Of a stretch of 64,000 nt of DNA, positions 27,768-37,284 are shown piece after piece. The stretch lies in the NCBI GenBank assembly GCA_034189135.1, contig JAXHVO010000125.1, forward strand, positions 29,371 through 93,370, in the 5' to 3' direction. The DNA is from Thermodesulfobacteriota bacterium (lineage in GTDB: Bacteria; Desulfobacterota; Desulfobacteria; Desulfobacterales; JAUWMJ01). The position numbers and the translations under genes were made by a program. A model generated the notes under the pieces. The model was given only the letters and a program-made list of their open reading frames with translations. It was not told where the DNA came from and did no database searches. The first letter of the stretch is position 1; the number at the start of each line of letters is the position of its first letter.

Positions 27768-28649
27768 TTATGGGGTCATGTTATCATCTTTTTCAAAATT
27801 GAAAAGTATATCATTTTCCAAATAAAGCTGTTCCAGTTTTTCCTGATGTTGTTTCAGCTTATCTCCTCTTTTTTTGGCAAGTGCATGTACAATATAATTT
27901 ATAAGAAATGTCAAAGATGTAAGATCTCCTAAAAATGGTATTTGACTGGTAGATGCTATAAGGCTGTGGTTGCAAAACTGCATTAAAGGGCATGATCTGC
28001 TGTCAGTTAAAAGTATCAGCTTATACCCCAGCCTTCGTACAATTTTACCGGTTTTAATAAGCTCGTTAGGATATCTTGAGGTTGCAATAGTTACAACTAC
28101 AGCTTTAGGATGTGCAATTGAAAGCCAGTCAAGTGATGTCCTGTCACTCCCCTTAAGAATATTTATATTATTCCTGATTTTTGTCATTGTCCATCCCATA
28201 TAATAAGCAGGGGCATATGACAGCCGTGAGCCAATAATATAAACAGCACCGGAACTGTCAAGCAAAGAGACAATTTTTTCAAGTTCATCCATATCAATGT
28301 TGCACAGGCTTTCAAGGTTGTTGATTTCCCGCATTATAGATTTTTTAAAATCCCTGGGTCCTTTATATCCATCCAATTCTGAAAGCTTACTTCTTTCAGT
28401 CAGGGTCAGCTCTGTGTCAATATGACTTTTTAAACCTTTGAGAAACTGGCTGTAACTTTTATACCCAATTTTGCGAACAAACCTTACTACAGTTGCTTCG
28501 CTGGCATTGACCTGTTTTCCAAGTTTTCTTGTGGTCATAAATACAGCATCCCCGGGATTTGCAAGAATAAACTTCGCAAGCTGTTTTCCCTTGGATGTAA
28601 GTATTGCTTCTCTTATTTTATGCTTTAAGCTTTTTGCTGATTTGTTCAT
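27768..28649 (-). CDS. MurR/RpiR family transcriptional regulator (HTH_6 + SIS), copy 1
   Basis: HTH (ASEATVVRFVRKIGY) and SIS (YIIGSRLSY...). It is clearly paralogous to 33985..34875. Confidence 0.85.
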   Translation of the reverse strand: MNKSAKSLKHKIREAILTSKGKQLAKFILANPGDAVFMTTRKLGKQVNASEATVVRFVRKIGYKSYSQFLKGLKSHIDTELTLTERSKLSELDGYKGPRDFKKSIMREINNLESLCNIDMDELEKIVSLLDSSGAVYIIGSRLSYAPAYYMGWTMTKIRNNINILKGSDRTSLDWLSIAHPKAVVVTIATSRYPNELIKTGKIVRRLGYKLILLTDSRSCPLMQFCNHSLIASTSQIPFLGDLTSLTFLINYIVHALAKKRGDKLKQHQEKLEQLYLENDILFNFEKDDNMTP

Positions 28650-28673
28650 ATGATACCACCAACCAATTAATAT

Positions 28674-30362
28674 TTATGGAAAACTGAGGTTTTTAATAAA
28701 ACTATCCATAAATTCAGGTGAGTTTGCTAGTTCCAGATGTTCCATGGTTTTTAGATTTTTTTCAAGAAAGTAGCGTTGATTAACGTCTGTTAAAAGGGTT
28801 ATGCTCCCGTCTATAGACGCATTTCCAATAAAAACCAGTTTTTCTGCTGTGTGTTCAGGGATAATACCTATTCTTTCCATATTATAAGGATTTAAATATT
28901 TCCCAAAGCCTCCTGCAAGATATAGTTTATCAATCTTGTCAGGGCTTATATTCCCCTTTTTAAGAATAATATCAATGCCGCTTCTGATTGCTCCTTTTGC
29001 CATCTGAATCTGGCGGATATCTTTCTGGGTAAGATAAATACCCTTTCCATATAAAAAAGATTTTTTATTATTAACCTGTACAACCCGAGCCTTATTCTCT
29101 TGCTTTGGGGAATCAGTATCTTTATTTAACAATAATTTTCCTGATGAATCAAGAGCACCTGTCTTTAAAAGTGCTGCAATAAAGTCAACAATGCCGCTTC
29201 CACATACGCCCCTGATTTCACTATTCCCAATTGTCTGAAATTTAAAATGTGAATTTACTATTTCAACATGCTCGATTGCTCCATATTCCGCTCTCATGCC
29301 TGAAGATATACTCATACCTTCAAAAGCAGGGCCTGTTGCAGTTGCTGTAGTATAACGTCTACCGCGGGCATTGAGACATATTTCACCATTAGTCCCAAGG
29401 TCAATATAAATAATGACTTTATCGTCATTAAAAAAATCAGAACAGGAAAGCAAACCTGCACTGATGTCGGAACCGACATATGCATGAATCACAGGTGGAA
29501 GATAGACTCGTGCGGAGTTATTTACTTTAAGGCCAAAATCTTTAGCTGGATATGATTTCCCTCCAATAATATCAAATTTAAAAGGCACTACTCCCAACGG
29601 AGAGGGATCAATTCCTGCTGCCAGTTGAAGCATGGTTGTATTGCCTCCAATGGTGACATCAATTACTTCATTTTTTTTGAATTTTAATGTTCTGCATGTT
29701 GTATCAAGAAGCCTGTTAAGTTCATTTTGAACCAGCTTTGTCATCTCTTTAAGCCCGGCCGGAGTTGAGGCATGCTGGATCCTGGTGATAACATCATGCC
29801 CGAGGGCAGTCTGAGGATTTAGACTTGAATCTGATGCAAGTATCTTTCCGGTTTTCAAAGAGACAAGAGAGACTGCAATGGTTGTTGTACCAATATCAAT
29901 AGCAAATCCTGTGGGCTCATACTCAGACTCCCAGGAAAAAGGTTTTGATGTATCAGCTTCCCTGTCATATTTTAGTTTGAAATCGCCATTCCGTGAAATT
30001 ATTTCAATGGCCGGGTCAAGTATATCCCGAAAAATTTTTTGCGCTTCAAGAATTTTACCTTTTGGAGCAGTATCCTGTTGATAAGAAAAATTCTCTCCAA
30101 GTTTTACAGATATATCCTGTTCAGGGACAAGCTGACATGCCAGCCTTAATCCCTGGGCAGCTTCTTCTTTGGTAATATCTTTATGTGGAGTGAAAGGAAC
30201 TTTGTCGGAATTTTGAACCCAGACCCTGCATTTACCGCAAACACCTTTGCCGCCACAGGGTGTCTCTATTTTTATTCCTGCTTTTTCAATAGCTTGATAC
30301 AAATTCATTCCCTTTTCAATTTCAATATTTATATCTAATTCTTTTATATAAACATTAATCAT
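28674..30362 (-). CDS. RACo-type ATP-dependent reductive activator of corrinoid proteins (2Fe-2S ferredoxin domain + ASKHA/DUF4445)
   Basis: N-terminal plant-type ferredoxin motif (CGGKGVCGKCRV), then ASKHA motifs (FAIDIGTTTI, DLGTNGE, ATGPAFEG). Confidence 0.8.
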   Translation of the reverse strand: MINVYIKELDINIEIEKGMNLYQAIEKAGIKIETPCGGKGVCGKCRVWVQNSDKVPFTPHKDITKEEAAQGLRLACQLVPEQDISVKLGENFSYQQDTAPKGKILEAQKIFRDILDPAIEIISRNGDFKLKYDREADTSKPFSWESEYEPTGFAIDIGTTTIAVSLVSLKTGKILASDSSLNPQTALGHDVITRIQHASTPAGLKEMTKLVQNELNRLLDTTCRTLKFKKNEVIDVTIGGNTTMLQLAAGIDPSPLGVVPFKFDIIGGKSYPAKDFGLKVNNSARVYLPPVIHAYVGSDISAGLLSCSDFFNDDKVIIYIDLGTNGEICLNARGRRYTTATATGPAFEGMSISSGMRAEYGAIEHVEIVNSHFKFQTIGNSEIRGVCGSGIVDFIAALLKTGALDSSGKLLLNKDTDSPKQENKARVVQVNNKKSFLYGKGIYLTQKDIRQIQMAKGAIRSGIDIILKKGNISPDKIDKLYLAGGFGKYLNPYNMERIGIIPEHTAEKLVFIGNASIDGSITLLTDVNQRYFLEKNLKTMEHLELANSPEFMDSFIKNLSFP

Positions 30363-30383
30363 ACAATTCTCCTTTAAATAAAG

Positions 30384-30552
30384 GTAACTACTCAGGTGGA
30401 TAGGCTGAAGACTGAAGACTGTTAGGAAAAAGCGTATTTTGAAGCCATGTTTGGTTCAACAATCACATTCCGTCTAAATAAGACAATCGTGTTCTTCTGA
30501 CCCCTTCAGCCTTCAGTCTAAACAGCTTTAGCCTGACTACGTTAGTAGTTAC
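30384..30552 (-). mobile_element. MITE-like repeat, family A, copy 2
   Basis: 9-bp perfect terminal inverted repeat gtaactact/agtagttac. The flanks AAATAAAG and AAATAAGG look like a target-site duplication. It is the reverse complement of copy 1. Confidence 0.75.
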
Positions 30553-30792
30553 AAATAAGGTTCGTTTAAATCAGATAAAATGTAATACTAACATGCAATA
30601 TTAATGTTTTAGAAGTCAATAGATATCTTTTTTCTATTAATTTTATATTTATTGATAGGTTTTGTTACATTTTTCTTGACACGTAATAAAATAGATGCCA
30701 TTTCGATAAATAATAGCAGTTATAATTAACGCTTCAGACCTCGTTTAGTAGTTAAGTTGCCGAGGTCTAAAATCAAAGCAAAGGAGAAAATT

Positions 30793-32244
30793 ATGGAATT
30801 AAAAGGTTTGCAGGGTGGACAATACCGCCCTCTTTCTGAAGAACAGGTAAAAACAATACATAATGCATCTCTGACTATTCTGGAAAAAACAGGAATAAGC
30901 TACGAGGAAGGTCTTGGCAGCACTGCTGAAATGCTTGAAAAAAATGGTGCTTTACTAGACAGAGATAAAAGAAAAATCAAATTTTCAAAAGATCTACTCA
31001 TGGATCAGGCGGCAAAGGCTCCTGAGCAGGTTATTCTCTATGGGCAGGATAGCAAAAATGATCTTAATCTTTCTGAAGATCGTGTTTACCTGGGAACCGG
31101 GGGAGCCGCCATCAAAATAATTGATCCTGAAACTGATGAAGTAAGATCCACGACTCTGGCAGACCTTTATAATGTTTCAAGGCTTGTGGGTCAGTTGGAT
31201 AATATTCATTTTCTGGTAAGACCCTGTATTCCAACTGATATACCTGAAAATGCCTACGACATAAACATGTATTACGCATGCCTTAAGGCAACAACCAAGC
31301 ATGTTATGTCAGGAGTTAATAATGTAGAAGGTTTCCATAAAGTGCTTGATCTTGCTTCAATGATTGCAGGCGGAAAGGACAAATTCAAAAAAAGACCTTT
31401 TATTTCGATAATAACTTCTTTTGCAATAAGTCCCTTAAAACTCTGTACCCAGTCCACGCATATAATGCAGGAAGCCAACCGTCATAATATTCCTGTTGCC
31501 TTGTCCTGCGCTCCCATGGCAGGCTCCACATCTCCTCTTACCATGGCGGGAACACTTGCTCAGATCCATGCTGAACAGCTTGTTGGAATAACTATCTGCC
31601 AGCTTACAAATCCCGGAGCACCGATTCTTTATGGGGGAATTCCAGGCATGGCAAATCTTAAAACCATGGGATATTTAGGCGGAGCTGTTGAATGCGGCAT
31701 GATGAATGCTGCAATCCATCAGCTTTCACGCTTTGTCAAAGTTCCAAATTATAATTCATCAGGACTTACCGATTCCAAGGTTCCGGATGCTCAGGCCGGA
31801 TGGGAAAAAGCATTAACAGCTGCTCTTGCCTCCATGGGTGGCTCCAATTATATTCATCACAGTGCAGGAATGCTTGAATCAATGCTTACTATTGCGCATG
31901 AGCAGTTTGTGATTGATGATGAAATCATTGGAAACTGCTGCAAGATTTTAAAGGGAATTGATGTTGACCCTGAACATCTTGCAATAGAAGTTATAGAATC
32001 CGTCGGTCCCGGTGGAAATTTCATGGTATCACCCCATACAATGACCCATATGAGAACAGAATATTTTAATGGTATTGGAGTCACAGATAATAAAAGTCGT
32101 GCCAAATGGGAAAAGGAAGGTTCTCTTGATGCCAGGGCAAGGGCAAAAAAAATTGCAAAAGAACTTCTTGAAAAAAGTGAAACTTCATATATTCCGGATG
32201 AAATTGATAAAGCAATCAGGGAAAAATATGAAATATTACTATAA
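30793..32244 (+). CDS. MttB-superfamily methyltransferase, non-pyrrolysine type (quaternary amine such as glycine betaine : corrinoid methyltransferase)
   Basis: The N-terminus LSEEQVKTIHNASLTILEKTGI is typical of the MttB family. There is no in-frame TAG. ATG 30793 lies 7 nt after AAGGAG, and the ORF opens with TTG at 30757. Confidence 0.8.
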   Translation: MELKGLQGGQYRPLSEEQVKTIHNASLTILEKTGISYEEGLGSTAEMLEKNGALLDRDKRKIKFSKDLLMDQAAKAPEQVILYGQDSKNDLNLSEDRVYLGTGGAAIKIIDPETDEVRSTTLADLYNVSRLVGQLDNIHFLVRPCIPTDIPENAYDINMYYACLKATTKHVMSGVNNVEGFHKVLDLASMIAGGKDKFKKRPFISIITSFAISPLKLCTQSTHIMQEANRHNIPVALSCAPMAGSTSPLTMAGTLAQIHAEQLVGITICQLTNPGAPILYGGIPGMANLKTMGYLGGAVECGMMNAAIHQLSRFVKVPNYNSSGLTDSKVPDAQAGWEKALTAALASMGGSNYIHHSAGMLESMLTIAHEQFVIDDEIIGNCCKILKGIDVDPEHLAIEVIESVGPGGNFMVSPHTMTHMRTEYFNGIGVTDNKSRAKWEKEGSLDARARAKKIAKELLEKSETSYIPDEIDKAIREKYEILL

Positions 32245-32268
32245 AAATTTATAAAAGGGGAAAATATA

Positions 32269-32901
32269 ATGACTGATTTTAATGAAATTAAAGAATCTCT
32301 GGTAGGGTGTGATGAACCAAAACTTGTTCAACTGGTAAATGATGCCCTGGAACAAAAAATTCCTGCGGTGGATATCCTGAATAAAGGGCTTATTGCAGGT
32401 ATGGATATTGTTGGTGATAAAATGGAAAATGAAGAGATGTTTATCCCTGAGGTTCTTATGGCAGCCCAGGCAATGAGCAGCTGCGTTACGGTTTTAAAAC
32501 CCCTTCTTGGTGATGAGGACAGTGTGGGAGGAGGGACTGTTGTCATTGGAACTGTTAAAGGGGATCTCCACGATATCGGGAAAAACCTTGTTGCTATGAT
32601 GATTGAAAGTGGTGGAATGACTGTTCATAATCTTGGAGTTGATGTTTCACCGGAACAATTTGTTGAACAGGCCAAAGAAAAGAATGCAAATATTATCTGT
32701 CTTTCCGCACTTCTTACCACAACAATGCCAATGATGAAACAGACCATTGATGCTGTTGCTGAAAGCGGTTTAAGGCAACAAGTTAAAATAATGATAGGCG
32801 GTGCCCCTGTAACCCAGGCATTTGCCGATGAAATTGGAGCAGATGGTTTTGCAGCTGATGCAGGTTCTGCTGTAAAAGCTGCTAAAGCTTTTATGCTATA
32901 G
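32269..32901 (+). CDS. Corrinoid (cobalamin-binding) protein
   Basis: 210 aa with a B12-binding_2 cap helix region, the DxHxxG motif (GDLHDIGKNLV) and a GG Rossmann-like region. Confidence 0.85.
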   Translation: MTDFNEIKESLVGCDEPKLVQLVNDALEQKIPAVDILNKGLIAGMDIVGDKMENEEMFIPEVLMAAQAMSSCVTVLKPLLGDEDSVGGGTVVIGTVKGDLHDIGKNLVAMMIESGGMTVHNLGVDVSPEQFVEQAKEKNANIICLSALLTTTMPMMKQTIDAVAESGLRQQVKIMIGGAPVTQAFADEIGADGFAADAGSAVKAAKAFML

Positions 32902-32922
32902 TAACAAGGAGGGATATCGGAT

Positions 32923-33723
32923 ATGTTTGAAGTCATAGGCGAACGAATAAATACTTCGAGAAAAAATGTACAAACCGCTGTTGCCGATAGAAATGCTTCC
33001 TATATTCAGGATGACGTAAAAAAGCAGCTTGATGCAGGATCAAATTATATTGATGTTAACGCAGGTGCCAGAATTGGTCGTGAAAAGGAGGATATGAAGT
33101 GGCTTCTTGATACAATTCTACCCATTGCCACCGTGCCTCTCTGCCTTGACAGTCCTGATCCGGCTATTCTTGAGATGGCTTTTAAAATGGTTGATAAAAC
33201 TCCCATGATAAATTCTATCAGTCTTGAAAAAGACCGGTTTGAAGCCATGATTCCATTTTTAAAAAACAACGATTGTAAAATTATTGGACTTTGTATGGAT
33301 GATGCAGGCATGCCGTCTTCATCCGAAGATATAATAGCAAGGGCTGAAAAACTTGTTAAAGAGCTTGAAAATATTGGATCTAATCAGGATTCCATCTACC
33401 TTGATCCTCTTGTCCAGCCCATTAGTACAGACAGCACAAAAGGAACAATGGTGCTCAATGCTGTGAGAAGCATAAAAAACAAATTCCCTAAAGTACATAT
33501 TACAGGCGGACTTTCAAATATTTCATATGGACTCCCGCAAAGAAAAATTATTAACAGAACCTTCGTGGCTCTTATGATGGAAGCCGGCATGGATTCTGCC
33601 ATAATTGATCCTCTGGATTCGGCAATTATGGCAACAATAAAAACAGCAGATATGCTTCTTGGAAATGATAATTTTTGCGGGAATTATCTCAAAGGAGTTC
33701 GAGCTGGTGCAATTCTGAGTTAA
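32923..33723 (+). CDS. Methylcorrinoid:tetrahydrofolate methyltransferase (pterin-binding, MtgA/AcsE-like)
   Basis: IGERINTS N-terminus, a pterin-binding TIM barrel pattern (DVNAG, ISLE, GLSNISYGLP). Confidence 0.75.
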   Translation: MFEVIGERINTSRKNVQTAVADRNASYIQDDVKKQLDAGSNYIDVNAGARIGREKEDMKWLLDTILPIATVPLCLDSPDPAILEMAFKMVDKTPMINSISLEKDRFEAMIPFLKNNDCKIIGLCMDDAGMPSSSEDIIARAEKLVKELENIGSNQDSIYLDPLVQPISTDSTKGTMVLNAVRSIKNKFPKVHITGGLSNISYGLPQRKIINRTFVALMMEAGMDSAIIDPLDSAIMATIKTADMLLGNDNFCGNYLKGVRAGAILS

Positions 33724-33767
33724 ACGGGTGGTTTGATGAAGACCCTTCGAATGCTTCTAAAAGGCTA

Positions 33768-33880
33768 TGAACGTCGAACATCGAACATCCAACGTCGAAT
33801 TCTGAATAAGGTATTCTGACTATTTATAAGCTGGCGGAGCGAAGCGATTTCATTCATTAGATTTTCAACGTTCGCTGTTC
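33768..33880. repeat. Family C repeat (tandem GAACATCGAACG-type units plus GAGCGAAGCG core), copy at the methyltransferase module boundary
   Basis: tgaacgtcgaacatcgaacatccaacgtcgaat ... ggcggagcgaagcgat ... caacgttcgctgttc. Confidence 0.65.
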
Positions 33881-33984
33881 TGCAAACACTTTACTCTACC
33901 GTATTTTTCTTATTGATACTATTGAGTATTTTTATTCTCGCCGTAACGATAAAACCGATTAGGATCGCTCGGGCATAACGGGTG

Positions 33985-34875
33985 CTACCTTTTTCCGGGG
34001 ATTTCGGTTTCTAAGTTGAAAAGAACATCATTTTCCCAATAGGCCTGTTCAAGCTTTTCCTGATGCCCAATAAGTGCTTCCCCACGCTGGCTGGCCAATT
34101 CCTGAATGAGATAATTAGTCAGGCATGAGATGGTCGTCGGACTGCCGATGTAAGGAATATGTCGCGAAGGAGCAATCAATGCGGTGTTGGCAAACTGAAT
34201 AAGCGGGCAGGTGGAGCTGTCTGTGATGACCAGCAGCTTTTGTTCCAATCGGCGTGCGAGCTTGCCGATGCGTATTAACTCGTTAGGATACCGTGTAGTG
34301 GCAATAATGACCGCCAGGCTGTCTTCAGGCGCAATGGTCAGCCAGTCTATGGTGGTGCGATCACTTCCTTTTAATATATGAATATTCTGACGGACTTTAG
34401 TCAGGGACCATCCCATATAATACGAAAGAGTGTAGGAAAGGCGTGATCCAATCACATAAATATGGCTTGATTTAAGCAGCAGGTCCACCGCTTCGCCAAT
34501 CAGCGTCATATCTATGGTTTCAAACAATTGCCTCAGGTTGTCCATCTCTTCAGATACTACCCGACGAAAGCGTTCGGAACCCGGGCTTTTCATGTCGGTA
34601 AAGTTCAAACGTTCCAGCATCGTCAGCTCGGTATCAACAAAATCCCTTAAAATTTGCTGAAACTCGCCATACCCGTAAAATCCGAGTTGGTTTACAAAAC
34701 GAACCACTGTTGCTTCGCTGACGTTGCATGCTTCGGACAGCTCTTTTGTAGTCATAAATACAGCTTTACGGGCGTTTTCAGTAATATAATCTCCGAGAAT
34801 ACGTGCTTTGGGCGTTAATTCTGAGTAGTAATCATAAATTTTTTGAATCAGCGGATGTAGTTGTGTACCTGCCAT
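33985..34875 (-). CDS. MurR/RpiR family transcriptional regulator (HTH_6 + SIS), copy 2
   Basis: VSEATVVRFVNQLGF and YVIGSRLSY...ILKGSDRT...RYPNELI...HQEKLEQ are shared with copy 1. It is divergent from soxB. Confidence 0.85.
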   Translation of the reverse strand: MAGTQLHPLIQKIYDYYSELTPKARILGDYITENARKAVFMTTKELSEACNVSEATVVRFVNQLGFYGYGEFQQILRDFVDTELTMLERLNFTDMKSPGSERFRRVVSEEMDNLRQLFETIDMTLIGEAVDLLLKSSHIYVIGSRLSYTLSYYMGWSLTKVRQNIHILKGSDRTTIDWLTIAPEDSLAVIIATTRYPNELIRIGKLARRLEQKLLVITDSSTCPLIQFANTALIAPSRHIPYIGSPTTISCLTNYLIQELASQRGEALIGHQEKLEQAYWENDVLFNLETEIPGKR

Positions 34876-35228
34876 GGCAATTCCCCTTTAATGAAATGAT
34901 ATTTTTTATTCCAAAGATAGGTTTCATTTTTTTTATTTCAACTCTTTTTCTGTCTTCAAAACGATATTTAACATAGTTGGCAGAAAATTACAATAAGTAG
35001 CATAAAATTTTATATGACTATAAAACTTTTAAATATAGCCATTTATGATATGTTAAAGTTTTCTTTAGCTTGATAAAACATAACTGAACAGGTTTTTATT
35101 TCGGACGTTGCAAAATAATATCAATGAAAGATATTTTTATTCTTGACATTAAATCTTTCGTATGGCAATGCTTTCTTTCATTGTAGAAACCTTATCTCAT
35201 ATTCCTTATTTAATTGGAATTAAACCAT

Positions 35229-36452
35229 ATGTTTTATAAATACAAACGGTTATGGGCTCTACCCACGAGCCTTCGCTCTAATTATGACGCTGTAATTATT
35301 GGCGGTGGCCTGCACGGTTTAGCAACCGCCTATTTTTTAGCGCGTAATCATGGAATGCGCCGTGTAGCGGTTATTGAAAAACGATACATTGGTTTTGGCG
35401 GCTCCGGTCGCAATACAGCCATTGTCCGTGCCAACCAGCGAACCCAGGAAAATCTCCCCCTTTATAAAGAAGCCCTTGAACTCTGGCCGGTATTGACCCG
35501 CGAGCTTGACTTTAATCTTATGTTTTATAACTGCGGAAATCTGAACCTGGCCCACAGCGAAGCCGCACTTAAAGCCATGCGAATGCAAGTGGCCTCGGCC
35601 CAGTTCCACGGGATTGAAAGCCGGCTTGTCGATCCCATGCAATGCAAGGAACTTATTCCTGCCCTGGATATTTCCGACAGACCTCGATATCCGATTTTCG
35701 GAGGAATGTACCATCCGCCCGGCGGAATTGTTCGCCATGATGCCCTGGTTTGGGGACTGGCCAAAGGAGCCGCTAAACAAGGTATCCACATTCATCAGGG
35801 AACAGAAGTCACCGGTATCGGTATGGAAAACGGAAAAATTGTTTCCGTGGATACAGACAAAGGTAAAGTGCATACACCGTGCGTACTTAACGCAGCCGGG
35901 GCTTATACAGCCGCTCTTTCTTATCAAATGCTCAGGATACGCCTGCCAATCAGTGCGCTCACCATTCAGGCCATGGTTACACAACCGTTAAAGCCCTTGT
36001 TAAACCATGTGGTTTCTTCCGGTTCGTACCATTGTTACGCCAACCAGACGCTCAAAGGTGAAATCGCGACCGGCGCCCATATGGATCCCTGGCCTAATTA
36101 CACAACCCAGAACACGGCTCATTATATCAAGCATCAGGCAGAAGCCCTTACTGAAATGATGCCATGCCTGAAAGGTATTAAATTTATGAGGATTTGGGGA
36201 GGTATAGCTGATATGACACCGGATATGGCACCGATCATGGATGGCAACAACCCTGTTAAAGGCTATTTTATGGACTGTGGCTGGGGCTACTTTGGGTTCA
36301 AATCATCCACAGTCACCGGCAAATATATGGCTCAGTTCATGGCCACCGGCGAATGTCCGGAAATTCTCAAACCCTTTACCCTGCGGCGGTTTGAACAGCA
36401 TCGTCTGATGGGAGAAACAGCAGCGCTGGTTAACTACAGCCCGGACAATTAA
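35229..36452 (+). CDS. soxB: Heterotetrameric sarcosine oxidase beta subunit-like FAD oxidoreductase
   Basis: YDAVIIGGGLHGLATAYFLARNHGM dinucleotide motif and SoxB-like length and order. ATG 35229 was chosen; the ORF opens with TTG at 35214. Confidence 0.8.
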   Translation: MFYKYKRLWALPTSLRSNYDAVIIGGGLHGLATAYFLARNHGMRRVAVIEKRYIGFGGSGRNTAIVRANQRTQENLPLYKEALELWPVLTRELDFNLMFYNCGNLNLAHSEAALKAMRMQVASAQFHGIESRLVDPMQCKELIPALDISDRPRYPIFGGMYHPPGGIVRHDALVWGLAKGAAKQGIHIHQGTEVTGIGMENGKIVSVDTDKGKVHTPCVLNAAGAYTAALSYQMLRIRLPISALTIQAMVTQPLKPLLNHVVSSGSYHCYANQTLKGEIATGAHMDPWPNYTTQNTAHYIKHQAEALTEMMPCLKGIKFMRIWGGIADMTPDMAPIMDGNNPVKGYFMDCGWGYFGFKSSTVTGKYMAQFMATGECPEILKPFTLRRFEQHRLMGETAALVNYSPDN

Positions 36453-36543
36453 GATGGCGTCATAAAAAGTCCGCTTTAGACTGTTTCGTAAAATTTTTTG
36501 AATAAACGCCGGATGGCTAAGTAAAAAGGCTCATATACAAGGC

Positions 36544-36605
36544 GTAGCGATTTTTCAGGGACGAGACTATACATTCAGTATGTCGAGTTCCTGAAAAATC
36601 GCTAC
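36544..36605. repeat. 62-nt hairpin between soxB and soxD
   Basis: gtagcgatttttcagggacgagac / gtcgagttcctgaaaaatcgctac form an approximately 24-bp stem with few mismatches and a 14-nt loop. Confidence 0.7.
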
Positions 36606-36658
36606 AACGCAGTAGATGAGACTTTTCACGACGTCATCAATTAAAAGGAAATAGATTT

Positions 36659-36916
36659 ATGGCATTAACCATCACATGCCCGATCTGTGGTAAACGCAAT
36701 GGATATGAATTTCGCTTCGGTGGCGAAGACAAAGGGCCACGACCTGATGAAGCTGGAATGACGCCGGAGACCTGGTGCGACTATACCCATATGAATAACT
36801 GCATCGCCGGCATTCAAAAAGAATGGTGGTATCACCGGGACGGGTGCAGCTCCTGGTTTACCATCTATCGGGACACACGCATTAATTTGGAAGTATCTTC
36901 ACCCGATTTGGATTAA
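36659..36916 (+). CDS. soxD: Sarcosine oxidase delta subunit-like protein
   Basis: 85 aa with ITCPICGKRNGYEFRFGGE...WWYHRDGC..WF, the SoxD zinc-binding pattern. Confidence 0.8.
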   Translation: MALTITCPICGKRNGYEFRFGGEDKGPRPDEAGMTPETWCDYTHMNNCIAGIQKEWWYHRDGCSSWFTIYRDTRINLEVSSPDLD

Positions 36917-36950
36917 TGAGGGGTCAGGGAGTTTTTCAATCTCTACTCAG

Positions 36951-37187
36951 TTCGTCCGGGGAAGCGCCTATTTGCCCGTATCAGCCTTAACAATAATTTT
37001 GAGAAACTGGCGTTCGGCAGATATCTTGCTGAAATTCGATTCGAACCAGCCCCAAGGGCCAGAACCCCACGGCAGCGTTTATCGTCTCTGCCTGTATGGA
37101 TTTAACTGAAAAGATAGGGGGCGTGTACATAGTGCTGGACTTTTTTGTTAAGGCTGATACAGGCAAATAGGCGCTTCCCCGGACGAA
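36951..37187 (+). repeat. 237-nt structured palindromic element, family D, copy 2 (inside the sox operon)
   Basis: 36951-36993 is the reverse complement of 37145-37187 with 1 mismatch in 43. It has the same length, orientation and core blocks as 12631..12867. Confidence 0.85.
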
Positions 37188-37284
37188 CCACTAACAATCA
37201 TTAAAGATCAAACGGTTTGCAAAAAAGCCCATTGACAAGAAACTCCCCGATCCCCCGATTAATAAAACATTGGAGTGGTCAATA

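Noticed and set aside
30793-32244. Possible pyrrolysine (in-frame TAG) in the MttB-family gene
   Set aside because: The ORF is uninterrupted over its full family-typical length. No in-frame amber codon is present, and no pyl genes are in the window.
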